Part shown: positions 38,185 to 51,392 of the stretch, in pieces
Layout: each line of letters opens with the position of its first letter
Numbering within the stretch: position 1 is the first letter of the stretch
Assembly: GCA_010093815.1 (NCBI GenBank)
Contig: ML996593.1
DNA from: Pseudovirgaria hyperparasitica
Lineage: Eukaryota
Reading direction: 5' to 3' (one strand)
Length of the DNA: 64,000 nt
Notes under the pieces: generated by a model
Database searches by the model: none
The model's input: the letters and a program-made list of their open reading frames with translations, nothing else
What the model was told of the DNA's origin: nothing
Position numbers and translations under genes: made by a program

Positions 38185-40358
38185 CTATTCCCACTCTTGC
38201 AGAAACCCTTTACTAGCTTCATAGTCTCGTTTTACTATCTGCTCGTGCTCTTTACTTCTGGGTACGAAATTGACCTTGAAAGGTAACGGTCCATGCAGCA
38301 TCCCCTGCACATATGCATGTGGATCAAGCTTTTGTGGCTCGCCAGTCGCCTGATCGATTGCAGGCTCGATATTATATGCCCAGAGAATCTTTGCGACCAT
38401 GCGCCACTGAGCACGCTCGGCAAGATGTATTCCAGCGCAGATCCGTCGACCCGAACCGTACCCATAATGATGTGAGCACGAAATGTTAGCCAAGCAGTTC
38501 ATCATTTCTATAGGCCTATATGTTGAAAGAATGGGGGACTTATCTCTATTCATGTAGTCTGGACTGCCCGCGTAGTCCATTGCTAGCTTTGGGTGGTCTA
38601 TGAAGCGATCTGGGTTATAGATGTTCGGTTGGTCGTACGAGTTCCTATGGAGCGAGTATGCAGTCAAGACAATAGCAGAATCTTTAGGTATACGGAATCC
38701 ATCATACCAGTCCTCCCGATTTGCTCTGCGAACAACTCCGTTGGGAATACTGCAAGGATTTCAGTATACTTCTGCTTTGACGCTCTCTGAACTCACACCG
38801 AATGCCAACGCTGTCCCTCTTTGATAATACAATTGACATATCGTAGGTCGTGGAAATCACTCCACACGGGCATCCTGAGTTGCATTAGACTCAAATCGCG
38901 AGACATCTAATCAACATATAATCACAGACCTCATTCCACATACTCGGTCTATCTCGTGTTGTGCTCGTCTCTGGAACTCGGGGTGCAGTGTCAACATCAA
39001 TATATTTGTCAGTGTTGCATGCGCAGTCGTGTCGGCACCTGCCTGAGCTATTGTGCCTAGGAAGCAATTGAACTCGTGGTAATCAAGCTTGACATCCTGC
39101 TTGATTGTCCCAGACAATAAACGATCCACAATCGAATTGCGCTCATCTCCATTGCGCCGTCGCGTCTCAACGAGTTCTCGAGCCTCTTGATACAATCCAT
39201 ACATGGCTTCACGGCCTTCCTTGCATCGAGTTTTCCAAGGTGCCCAGCGTTCGGGTATGTACCTGAGGATAGGAAACTGATCAACAGGAGGACACGACCC
39301 AGCTTCCATTGCCGGATTCAGCTTTATTCTATAAGCAAGTCGCATTGTCGTATGATCGTTGATTTCTCACTGACCTTGTCCATGACACGATAGATATACT
39401 TGACTTTTCAGCTTAGGCCGATTGAGATACCGAAGATTCGACTTACGTTTGCCCAGAAATTTTCCATAGAAGGTCCACGTTGACCGTAAACAACGATACT
39501 TATGGTTGAGCCTGTTGCACGTCTGACATGAGTAGAAAACTCCTCTGGTGATTCCAACAGCTCATACAACAATTGGCCAATCCTGTCCGAAGAGAGACTT
39601 AGCATGATAGGCCACCTCTATGATTGGCATGAGGAGCAGTTCCGTACTCAGCTTCTTGGATGGGCGCAATCTTTTCGTCCAATGCTCGTGGCTAAAACAA
39701 AGTTAGCACACTACACTACATACAGAAAAGAGTTCTTGTAAAAAAGAGAAGTAGGGGCATGGTTGGACCCAAGAATCAAGGATTTCTTATACAATGGAGG
39801 TATAAATGTTGGCCAAGCTGGTAGTGTATCTTGATGTTCCATCCATCAGGCACAACTTCCAGGTCTGTCAAGAGAGCCAAGTTTAACGTACGGACAGGTT
39901 CTGAGAGGTAATTTTTCTCTGTGACCGCCACTTGGCGTTGGCATCCTCGAAGGCGAAGATTTTGCCATCCGTAGCTAATTGTAAGTTATAGTCATGGACT
40001 CTGTCGTTGTAGATCGTAGCCCTCTTGTCTACAAGATCGTGGACAGCTCGACGACTGTTCAATACGATCCATGTTGCCGATCCGAGCTTCAATGAGTATA
40101 TCTCGCCGTACTTCCTGCCCCATTCTTCTAATCTGGAATTACATTAAAAGTGATAATATTTATATGTGGAAGGCTTTCTTGCTTTAGATGCAAACCTGTT
40201 GAAGGAATCTGATGTGCATTCCCGAGGATTGGAATCGTAGGCGGACCTGGTGGTAATCCCTTCTCTCTTCGTCCAAGTCGTAGAATGTTGTATATTGCAA
40301 GACAGGATACGAATACTGGCAAAAGCCATATCGGGTATGATGTACTTGAGAACAGCAT
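38185..40358 (-). CDS. Cytochrome P450 monooxygenase, many introns
   Basis: N-terminal anchor plus LPPGPPTIPILGNAHQ, WGRKYGEIYSLKLG, I-helix AGADTT, ExxR (KEGQRW), NPDRF, and heme motif YGSGRRICAG. About 9 exons reconstruct in frame. Confidence 0.93.
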
Positions 40359-41314
40359 TCTGTTATTGTAAGGATGCGATTAACGATTAAAGGTTAGATT
40401 GTGCGGGCTGCTCATGACCATTTATACCATTCTGCATGATCTTCGTGACCATATTGCCGGATCATCAGGCATCGGACTCCAGGTCATCTGCCCCGATGAC
40501 GACTCTAGAATCACTATACAATCAAGACAGTGCTCATGTGTCGCTATCGTACCTTGTAAAGAGCAAGCGAACAGTGCATCGAAAGCGGGGTACCATGTAC
40601 GATGATGTAATTAAACATACAACGATTGTTACGACTTTTACATGCTGGGATAGCTGATGAAACACCTCGGTGGTGTTGAAGCTGCAGCTGAACAGATGAG
40701 ATTCATTGCAAATCTTTCTCTGCGATAGGCTCAAGCAAGCACACCCCAATAGTAATGCAAATGTCAGGATTATGCTTATCGATGATGACAGAGCCAGAGT
40801 ACATGCATGAGCCAATGTTGATAAGAACCTGTTTTGTGAGATATGGCATGCACTTTTGCACGTAGAGGAGTTAGTGTGATGTGTTGGCTCGCGATTAGCA
40901 ACCGATATCTTCGACTGTACACCATACACATACACATGCTTGTACAGTGATGTAACCATGCTGATTCTCGCCACGAGGGTGATCCAACATGGAGTTTACA
41001 TTAATAGCGATATGTATGCTGCTCGGGATCGATACACAATGATGAAGAGAAGCTGGCTGAAAGCTTCCTCTTCCTAAGTATGTTATATATATTTGCACAA
41101 TGGACAGTAGAAGAGATGTCGTGCCTGTAGATTCATCTTCAGAACTGTTCTGATATTTGAGGCAAACCCTATAATGCAGAGGTAAGAGGGTGGTTATAGA
41201 TCGACCCTATGCCAAACTTAAAACTCATATGGCAAATGTCGTGAATGCGAGCAGTAACGCCTCATTGTGACGAGGAAAATGTAGATGATGACTATATTGA
41301 CTCACTTTGGAGAA

Positions 41315-42851
41315 TTAGTCTACAATTTCCAAGTCGCCCGTCCTGCCTTTGGCAAATGTGTCTTTCCAATCCTCCCACATATTTTTCAATTCAGTTACGT
41401 ATTGGTCGTGCACCTGATCGACATACTCAGGATCTGGCTTCTCCTGAGCCATGACTTTGACCGGCCGACCAACAACAATGTTCAGAGGTCTCCGATATGG
41501 CATCATGCCGACATCGTAGTTGAACACGCCGCGGGCATGGAACAGCGGGATCGTAAAACCTGCGATCTTTTTGACCAGAAGCTGCAGTTTATGAACCCAG
41601 GGATGAATATTGGCGTCGAATTGATCATATAGATCATTCTCGCCGAATCCAATGACAGGCACTAAGTCTGCACCTGTGCGAATGGCGATCTTGACGAAGC
41701 CTTTCCTGCGAGCGAGTACAAGCTTCATAGTATTAGGCATCGCCTCGAGTGATTCACGCGCTCCTCCAATCACGACTGTGATAGCTCTACCCATACCCTC
41801 TTTGTTAGGGCCTCCCTTCGTGAGAAGGTTCTCGCAGGATTCCCTAGACACAGAGGCGAGGCCTAAACGAAGTGCGTATTCCCGATACAACGGTAATCTG
41901 AAGTTCGAGTCTAACGTGAGGAGTGAATTGGTGATCCCGGGAAACAGTTGAGAGAATCCTAAAGCTTCGGTTGCAAATGCAGCAAACGCCCCATGCGAGA
42001 TAATACCATGAGGATGGTAGCCAAAGATGTACTTTCTGGTAGGAGGGAGCTCTTCGAGTCTATGTAACCGAGCTGGGAAGTAAGAGGCAAAAAGTGACCA
42101 GATTGACAGTCTTCGCGCTCTGTCGCTACGTTGTAAGAGCTCCCCGGATGTGGCGGCCTTAGAGAATAAGACATAGATGAGGTATGGAAGAAGTATGGGC
42201 CACAGAAGCGGTATAGTACATAGTAAGAAGAACAGTGCTACGAGCCCGACAATACTAAGAGTGTGCATGAGAACGATCAGCGTTTGGAGACGTCTCTGCA
42301 GTGGAACATTTAGAGGGGCAAATCTGATTCTAGGTAATTGTTAGCCTGAATGCACCCATGAGGTCTTTGATTTGGACCTACTTGCTCCTTGCCCAGCCTT
42401 GACCCGCTTGTCTCCCACTGACAAGTTCCGGGCCATCGGAAGGCTTTTCTTCTTTCTTGTCTTGATGTAGCTGTCTTTCGTACTCGTTCGAAGGTTTGAC
42501 ACTTGTGAGTTTGCCACCGTTTGTACCGAGCTCTTCAAAGACTACATGGTCATCATTGTTGTTGCGGGCCTTTTTTGGACCGTTCTGCTTTGGTATGGAG
42601 CCTTGTCGTTTGTGGGCAAATTGTCTACGGCTCGGGCTGTGAGACGAGATATCTTGACCAGTACCCTCGAAGGTATCTGAAGGTGTAGTAGTTCCAGACT
42701 TCGACAGTGGCTTGCCGTTAGCTTGTATGGGCGGGATTGTTTCTATTTCAGTGAAGTTGGAATCGGCATTGTTCAGAGGTTGCTTGGTTACCTCGGCATA
42801 GGTATGTGATTCGTCGTGGGTGTTGCGAGACGGCGCTTCGGTGTTCGCCAT
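41315..42851 (-). CDS. DGA1: Diacylglycerol O-acyltransferase (DGAT2 family), 2 exons
   Basis: IRFAPLNVPLQRRLQT, YFP, FGYHPHG, GGARESL, RKGFVKIA, VPVIGFGEND and FNYDVGMMPYR. Confidence 0.95.
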
Positions 42852-43042
42852 TGCCCCTATCTTAAGCTATGCAGTAGATTATGAGGAATGGGACAATATA
42901 TTGGTGCGAGAGATGCTGTGTACGGGCTGGCAAAGGAAGTGGAATTCGAATATCTCATTAAGGTTGACCGTGTACCTGCAGGTGACCGACCATGGCCATG
43001 ATGACGTTTTGGTCGCAACTGTGGCTGAAAATGTGGCTGGTA

Positions 43043-43491
43043 ACCGCATCCTAGTTACATGGGAAAGCTTGGCGCCCGATGTTCGCCCATGTTACCAATA
43101 TATACGATTTAGTATAATCGATATTTTTATCTATTACCGCCGTATAATACTTATATACTTATAAATATTACTATATATTAGTTTTATATAACTCTAATTA
43201 TATATCTATACTGTTTTTTTATTACTTTATATAATCTATAATACCTCTAAAACTATATAGAGATATTCTTAGATCTATATAGTACCTCTATATTTAAAAG
43301 TACTCTAGAAGAAGAAAGAGAGAATATTAAAGTTCTATAGTATTATATATTAGCTATAATAACTCTTTAATACTATATAAGTATAGTATAGTAGTAATAT
43401 ATAAAATATTAACTATACTAAATCGTGTGTATTGGTGACATGGGCGAACATCACCCGCCAAGCTTACTCATGTAACTATGGATATACGGAT
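43043..43491. mobile_element. MITE-like element, family X copy 2
   Basis: TIRs ...ctagttacatgggaaagcttggcgcccgatgttcgcccatgttaccaat and attggtgacatgggcgaacatcacccgccaagcttactcatgtaactatggatatacgga. Shares the outer TIR and internal atctataatacctctaaaactata with the 34208-34664 element. Confidence 0.85.
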
Positions 43492-43617
43492 TCGATTCCT
43501 CCGAAGAGCCCTGCCTGCCGCCCATTTGTTATATGGCGAATGACTCAGAACAGCTACAGGGTAAGATGCTCATTCATGGTTGATGATGTTGCTAACGCTT
43601 TCGATATATACATCCCA

Positions 43618-46600
43618 TCACATCAAGCTTGATCGACCGCCAATCTCATTCCCACCTTGACCGTTGGGCATCTCGCCGTTGCGGCCAACAACAAATTCTT
43701 GATATATTGCTGCAAGTCTACTTCTCTCTTGTGTGCTGATCGAGCTTCGTGAGTTCTGTAAAGCAGTAATAAGGTGTTTCCACTCTATCATGGGTTCGCC
43801 GTCTGATTCATAATCAAGGGCCTCTGCCTCGGTATTGGTATCGTGACGTTTTGTGCTTGGTGATTGCTGCTGTTTCTGTCTGCGTCGCGATGCTTGTAAT
43901 GACGCTATGCTTGCAGATATCATACCGCGTTCGGATAGTGGTGGAGAGCGTACCTGACTCGTCGGCGCATTGAGGTCATCGCCGAAACGAAAATACGTGA
44001 AGTCCGCAATTCCTTTTCCGAAGTTTGATATTGACCTCGAATTTGCAGCCATTTTACCTTTCCCTCTTGATGGTTGACTGTTTGTTCGATCTCCAAGGAC
44101 ATCATGAATGGCTTCTAATTGAGCATTGTACACTACCGCTTGTAGATCCGCACCTGAGTAGCCCTTAGTCTTTTCTGCTACCTCACGCAGATTTTCACCT
44201 TCGGTCCCGCTTGTTAAGATGCTGGGTGATAGACGAAGATTCCTTGTTACCGCGAACAGGATGTCTGTGCGTTCATCTAGTCCAGGTAGGTCACAAATAA
44301 GGCTTTTATCTAAACGTCCTGGTCGTAATAATGCCGGATCTATCAGATCAGGACGGCTTGTAGCGGCTAAAACATATACACCGCTCAAGCCTTCAGCGCC
44401 ATCCATCTGAGTGAGCAACTGGTTTACAACGCGATCGGTGACTCCGGTTGAGTCGTGCCCACGTTTTGGTGCGATACTGTCGAACTCGTCAAAGAATAAG
44501 ACACAAGGTCGAGCAGCCTCGGCGCGCTCGAACAAATCTCGGACAGACTTTTCGGAAGCTCCGATGTATTTGTTCAAAATCTCGGGTCCTTTGACGCTAA
44601 TAAAGTTGAGCCCACATTCACCGGCAACAGCAGAAGCCAAAAGCGTCTTACCGCAGCCCGGGTATCCGTAGAGGAGAATGCCAGATCGGAGGCGGAGTGG
44701 GCATTCAGCAAATATGGGCGCGTACGTCGTTGGATACTGGAGAGTCTCAAGTAATACTCGTCGCGTTGCACGCAGACCACCAATGGAATCCCAACGAGTT
44801 GTGGACGTCTGTAGAGTGACGTTTCGAAGCGACGCAGGAGTAAAGCCTTTCAAAGCCTTGGTAAAGTCTCCAGTCGTCAGAATGACAGTCGATCCGTTAG
44901 GCATTCTCTCGTGATCTGAGATGGTGGACCGTATAAGCGCTTCACTCCGGGCACGGGAGACGAGAAGCACTATGTCTCCTGGCATATAACCGTCCGTTTG
45001 TCCTGCTATATCAAGGAAATCAATTGTACAGTCAACCGTGAGACCATCTTTCCGTGGGCCATTGGGAATGTCTGGTCTGCTCTCATTGCTAGCATTCTCG
45101 TGTCTCTGACCAGCGCTGTCTGAACTGTGACCATTCATCTGACTCTTCAGGTTGTTCGATGGCCGTGTATCTTTATGAGCAAGCATTTCTAGTACCTTCC
45201 GGCGGCCTTCTTTATTCGGCGCGCTGATATTGACGATTTCTCGCACCACATGTCCGCCGATTATAACGTTGTTCACGGCTTCTTTGCTTTGTGCCGTCGC
45301 AAGAAGGACTATACCTGAGTCACGACTGCAGTATTCACGCACAACTGAACAGACACACTCGCTGATATGTCTGCTTCTCCCATTCTCGCCGCCCACTTGT
45401 AGCTCTGTTTCGATCGGACAAAGTCGGTCGAGGTCATCAAGAATGATTAGAGAACGCCCCCCAAGTCGAGCACCCCACGACGCGGAGGCGAAAAGTCGAC
45501 TAAGGGTGTCCTTAATTTGTGAAACTCTGATCTCTTCGGTTAGGAGAGAATGACATTGAAAGTATTGAATGTTGACAAGATGCTCTTGTCGGAGGCGATG
45601 TGCAACAAGTTGCGCGACCGATGACTTTCCAGCCCCAAGTCCGCCGGTCAATAGGATTGATGATGCCTGAAGGAGATGGGAATAAAGTTGCGCGACCAAC
45701 TTGTCGATGCCAACCATAGTAGGCTTGAGAGACGGTAGCTGTGCCGCTGGTGACCAGGCATTCGATATTGTTGATGGTTTCGGTACCCCAGGTCGGACAT
45801 CGATGTTGAAAGCCCCGGCGGGTACCGTCAGCCATACTGTTTGCTGCGTCTTGTCTCCTGGCTGATTCGAACCAATCTTAACTATACCTCCTTGCCAGGC
45901 CGGGTCCTTCTCTGCAATTGGGGGCAAGATCATACCATCAGTAAGCGGCCCATCTAGAAGTCCTTTCCCATTGTGTTGACGATATAGATCTTTGATCCTT
46001 CTTGCGGTATCTTCACGTTCTTGCTTTGTTTCGCCACCAAATTTCAAGCCACCTACTTGCTGGGACCCTGACGGGATGAAAGGGATGACTTTCACACTCC
46101 GGTCAGGATCACTCTGGGATCTACTGGTCGCCGAGGATGGAGCAGGCGCAGCCTCAAGGCGGACTAAACCACCTACGAGTTCAGGAGCACCTAATGCACC
46201 ACAGAGCGCAGAAGATAGTGCTGCATGTCGGCTGTCCGGAGCGTCGTCCCACTCCTGGATCCGTGCGACAACCCGGGATGAATGCTTTTCTGGTTCCTGT
46301 TCCTTTCGTGGGTCGCTCGGTTCATTCAGTCCGGCAGGTCTCACTATAGAAACAGTGACCCAGATGACACCTTTGAGAGCTTTTGAGCTGAGGATGTCAC
46401 CGTCTATCCATATGTTCAAACTACAATCGTCTGCAGATACTTCCTCATCAAACCAGTCCCTGCTTAACGTTCGACTAACACCACGCAGGAAGATAAACCC
46501 TCGCCCGGCACCCTCTTCACGACCACTCTTTCGCCTCACGGTGCTGGCTGCACTTTTGCCACCAGCACTTCGACGGCCGGTACTAGCAACACTCCTGTTC

Positions 46601-47488
46601 TCCCTACCTGATGATTTTTCTGCTTTCTGTCGAGTCTTTGGCGATACAATTACTTCAGCATCACTCGAGATCTTGACGAATGGGGTACTGGTCGAAGGTA
46701 TAGGCATTAATGATGAAACTAAAATGTTCGCGGTCGTCGTTGGGGAGAGATGTAGGGTAAGTGGATGGCGATTGTGCGATGGTCCCGAACCTGCAACAAA
46801 AGTTGGATTCGGTAAAGCGCGGATTTGATTAAGAAAGTTCAACTCGAGGAATTGCGCATGGAGTTCGATCACTTCGACTTGCTGTCAGCGAGAGATCTGC
46901 CTTTGATATACAATGGGCACTTACTCTCCCAATCTGCTGGTGTCAGAGGCTCAATGTTTACAGTGTGTGCTTGAGGTGCGTCGAAATGTAGCGCAATAGA
47001 GATCTATGCCAAACGTTGAGCAAGTACAAATACGAGGGCTAGAAACTCTTTGTTACCTTCTTGCCATCGTTCAACCCAACAAGTCGTGCGAAGGTGGTGT
47101 CAATCTCGACGACGGATACTTCCGGTTCTCTGATTGCCCCCCCGCGACCCCCAGTTAGTCCTTCACTGCCAACTACAGGCGCAAGTTTGCGCTTGCTCTG
47201 ATATCCTGTCCATCCCACATAAATTGTCTTCTGTACATTAGGAGGTTTGGTGCTCGTCCGATCGGCCGTAGGGGCTGGCAGTTTGAATGACAGCTCGACT
47301 ATAACATTTTGTACGACCTTGAGACCATTTTAGCAGTGGTACCACGCAGAATCTATGGGGCAAATACTCACGGCGTTGCTGTTTGTCAATGCCGAGACAA
47401 TGGAGCTTGGGAGATTGACGAAACAATTCTTTAGTGACGGTTGGAAAGAGATTTCCGCCTGGGTGGTATGTTTTCCAGCAGAGGCCAT
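43618..47488 (-). CDS. PEX1: Peroxisome biogenesis AAA+ ATPase Pex1, 4 exons
   Basis: N-terminus LKNCFVNLP..; EPLTPADWE..IELHA. D1 Walker A GGLGAGKS; D2 GYPGCGKT, FFDEFDSIAPKRGHDSTGVTDRVVNQ. Ends EIGGRSSLM. Confidence 0.96.
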
Positions 47489-47823
47489 AGAAGCGGGGGT
47501 GAAGGTGTACAAAATGTACGACGCTTCCGTATATCATGTCGCAGGCTACCGGAGTGCGCCTGAGCTCTCGAATGACCGAGGCCTGGACTAAACCTTGCGG
47601 CTTGCGCTAGATCAAGTCTGGACCCATTAGGCTAGATCAGGTCTTGGGTTGGTCCTTGGCGCGAACCTGACGCGACGCGGGTTCCTTACAGGCAGGTAGC
47701 GCGTCTTGACACCTCTGATTGTCTGGCTTCCATGTCTGCTCACATATCTTGAAGCTGCTTCAAAGCCCCAGCTTGTCTTCAAAATACTCTCAAACGACAC
47801 CCAAGCGAAGCATTCGAAGCGCA

Positions 47824-50441
47824 ATGGCGCTCTTACGGCTACGTGCTCCTGTTAACTATGAAGATCAACTCTGTACAACCTGCGATGCACTTTGCGAAAC
47901 AGGGCTAATCTAGCACAGCTGCCTTTGAAGATTTCCTGACGTCGTTCAAATCCTCAGCCACAGAGACTGAGGACGCTCTGGAAGGCCTCCAGATTGTGGA
48001 GGATGAGTCTCCCAATGGCACTACCTTTCGCAGACGGCAACATCCGGAGAGCAGGCGTGCGCAGAAGCACAAATACGTAGGCATGCTGCAAGACGTTGTA
48101 GACCGAGATAGTACACAGATTTTGATTGATCTAGACGATCTGGACAGTGTAGGATTAATTTCTGCCGATGCCGGGAAATAACTGGCTTACAAGACTGCGG
48201 ACAGTATGAGAAGGCCCTCGGCGACGTAGGACATGGACTGAAACTTGTCCAGTCTGTACAAAACAATACTCATCATTATATTGAGGTCTTTTCAAGAGCT
48301 TGCGATAAGATTATGCCGGCCCCTTCTAGGGAATCTAAGTAAGACGTCAATGGGTCCCTGACAGAACCAACTAATAATTGCGCTCAGCTTTAAGGATGAC
48401 GTACTCGACATAATTATGACTCAACGGTCTAAACATAATGAGAGATTACAAGAAGCTGTGGAGGCAGATCATACACTCGCTAATCCGGAGACTATCTTCC
48501 CTCCCGAACTCACTCGCCGCTACACCTTGAATTTCAAGCCCTTAACACCGGTCGGGTCAAGTACTGAGCGCACCAGCAAAGCTCTTGCTGTCCGAAACGT
48601 CATAGGGGAGCATCTTGGTCACCTGATCACGGTTCGCGGGATCGCTACAAGAGTTTCCGACGTCAAACCTTCAGTGCAAGTGAGCGCATACGCCTGCAAC
48701 CGGTGTGGATGTGAGATCTACCAGCCAGTGACAACAAAAGCCTTCACACCGATGAGGGAGTGCCCTTCACAGGACTGCAAAGACTACAACTTAAAGGGCC
48801 AACTATGCTTATCAACACGAGCCTCGAAGTTTGTCCCCTTTCAGGAGGTCAAAATCCAGGAGATGGCCGATCAGGTCCCGGTAGGTCATATCCCCAGACA
48901 ACTCACAATCCATTGTCACGGTTCCTTGGTTCGCCAAATCAACCCAGGCGACGTAGTTGATGTCGCAGGAATTTTCCTCCCTACACCGTACACAGGCTTT
49001 AAAGCTATTCGAGCTGGGCTTCTTACAGACACATATCTCGAAGCCCAGTTTGTGATCCAACACAAGAAAGCTTACGATGACATTGTTCTCGCCCAACCCA
49101 CACTGAAGAGGATGGATGAATTAGAGCGCAGCGGGCAGCTATACGAGGTCCTCTCGCGATCAATCGCTCCCGAAATCTTTGGACACCGAGACGTTAAGAA
49201 AGCCTTGCTGCTACAACTAATTGGCGGGGTAAAGAAAGAGATGGGTGATGGTATGGCTATTCGAGGTGACATCAACGTCTGTTTGATGGGTGATCCTGGT
49301 GTAGCCAAATCCCAGCTTCTGAAGTATATCACCAAGGTGGCGCCTCGTGGTGTCTATACGACGGGTCGGGGAAGCAGTGGAGTCGGTCTTACTGCTGCCG
49401 TTATGCGTGACCCGGTGACCGACGAGATGGTTCTGGAAGGCGGTGCACTGGTCCTTGCAGATAATGGTATGTGCTGTATAGATGAGTTCGACAAGATGGA
49501 CGACAGTGATCGGACCGCAATTCATGAAGTCATGGAGCAGCAGACAATCTCCATAAGCAAGGCCGGAATCACTACCACCCTAAACGCGAGGACATCAATT
49601 CTTGCGGCAGCAAATCCTCTTTACGGCAGGTACAACCCTCGTATCTCTCCAGTGGAGAATATCAACCTTCCAGCAGCTCTCCTCTCCCGTTTCGACATCC
49701 TGTTTCTAATCCTTGATACCCCATCCCGCGAATCTGACGAGGAGCTCGCTCGTCACGTGACCCATGTCCACATTCATAACAAGCACCCGGAGGCTGCTGC
49801 TGGTGTAGTATTCTCACCACAAGAAGTCCGGCAATGGGTCGCCCGTGCACGTTCGTTCCGGCCAACGGTGCCAAAGGCTGTATCAGATTATCTGGTAGGC
49901 GCTTACGTTCGCATGCGGCAACAGCACAAACGTGACGAGACTAACAAAAAAGCGTTTACGCACACTTCGCCGCGTACGCTACTTGGCGTTCTTCGTCTCT
50001 CGCAAGCTTTGGCCCGATTACGTTTCGCAGATGCTGTCATCATTGACGATGTGGATGAGGCGCTCCGTCTCGTCGAGGTTAGCAAGGCCAGTCTGTACGC
50101 GGATGAAAGGGGTCATGGAGATCAAACGCCCAGCTCTAAGATTTATCATCTTATCAGAAACATGGCTGCAAGTGGAGCTGCAGCAGTGGGCGAATCGAGT
50201 GGTGAATTGGACCTTCGCAGAGTCCGGGAGAGGGTTCTGGCCAAAGGCTACACCGACGTGCAATTCGACGAAGCCATCGATGAGTATGCTTTACTTGACG
50301 TTAGTCTGCACTCACTACGTTTGGAACATTAGAGCTAATCGGTATGATCAGGTGTGGCAAACTGCTGGTAATGGCACCCGACTAATGTTCATCAATGCCG
50401 GTAATGAGGACTTCGACATGGACGACGATATACATTCATGA
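47824..50441 (+). CDS. MCM7: DNA replication licensing factor Mcm7, about 5 exons
   Basis: Zn finger [53 protein letters not shown]. Exons from [12 protein letters not shown] to [14 protein letters not shown]. Confidence 0.96.
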
Positions 50442-51392
50442 ACCGTACGCGACTGCCGCGTTCTCCTATTTTGGAGTGTTTGAGTGTCATCTAGGATCAG
50501 AAAGTCATGAAAATCCCTTTTTAGTTCTATCTGATTTGTTGACCTTAGAACTTCTATATAGTCGGACTTTGATCCCACAAAGCTATACTAACGTCAATTG
50601 TGATCTTATTTCAGAAAGGCTAGAGGTGTTGATCCCCAATGGGAAATGTACTCTTAACAGTGCGATCAATTAGCATGTTGAAATGAAGCTCCGCTATCTT
50701 AGCTAGCATTCGAGCCTTGAAGCGAGACTTTACACAAACAGTCTTGTCAGTCATAGGCGAAAGTCCACACAAATTTATTAAGCACGCTGGTTCGCACTGC
50801 AGTTTCACGGACACAGTGACGGCAGAGAGTGTCAAGATTATTGAACTACTACGTTGTATATATATATAGATGACCGTTGACGTTAGTACACCTGGTCGGG
50901 TCTTGTGTTTATCGTAAGATCACAGGCTTTCTTTTGCCTATGACCCAGTCATCAACCCTTGCTGTAATGCTCAGTCTTAGGGGTGGGACATACGTGCTGG
51001 TCATCATTCATTGAACCTCAAAGACATATATACGATGCTGATTTCAGAACAGGGCATATGGAAAGAATCAGTATTGGCGAATTAGGTGGCCCTTCTAGGG
51101 ATATAGGGTCTTTGTACACCTAGTAACTTCCGGTATTGACGAATTATGGTTTATAAGGGGTCCCCTCTGTCTCTAAACTGTACTGCTGAGACTCCTCTAC
51201 TTACTCGATTTATATACGCGTGAAACCGTCTACGTAGATCAACTTTGCAAGGTATTACTCCATTATCGAGTGCTTTTGTCGGCCATACTGGGCGTACACG
51301 TGAATACAAGACTCCTTCAAACTATCAACGAATCCTATTACCCCTCAGCTACACGTTTCCAAGGCTACCAATGTACTCTTGCCAGTCCATAC

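Noticed and set aside
38185..40358. P450 as part of the RiPP cluster
   Set aside because: It is more than 17 kb away and separated by unrelated genes (hxB, SHR3, pectate lyase).
41315..47488. DGA1 and PEX1 as members of the lipid/oxylipin module
   Set aside because: Housekeeping genes separated from the module by MCM7; proximity alone is not evidence.
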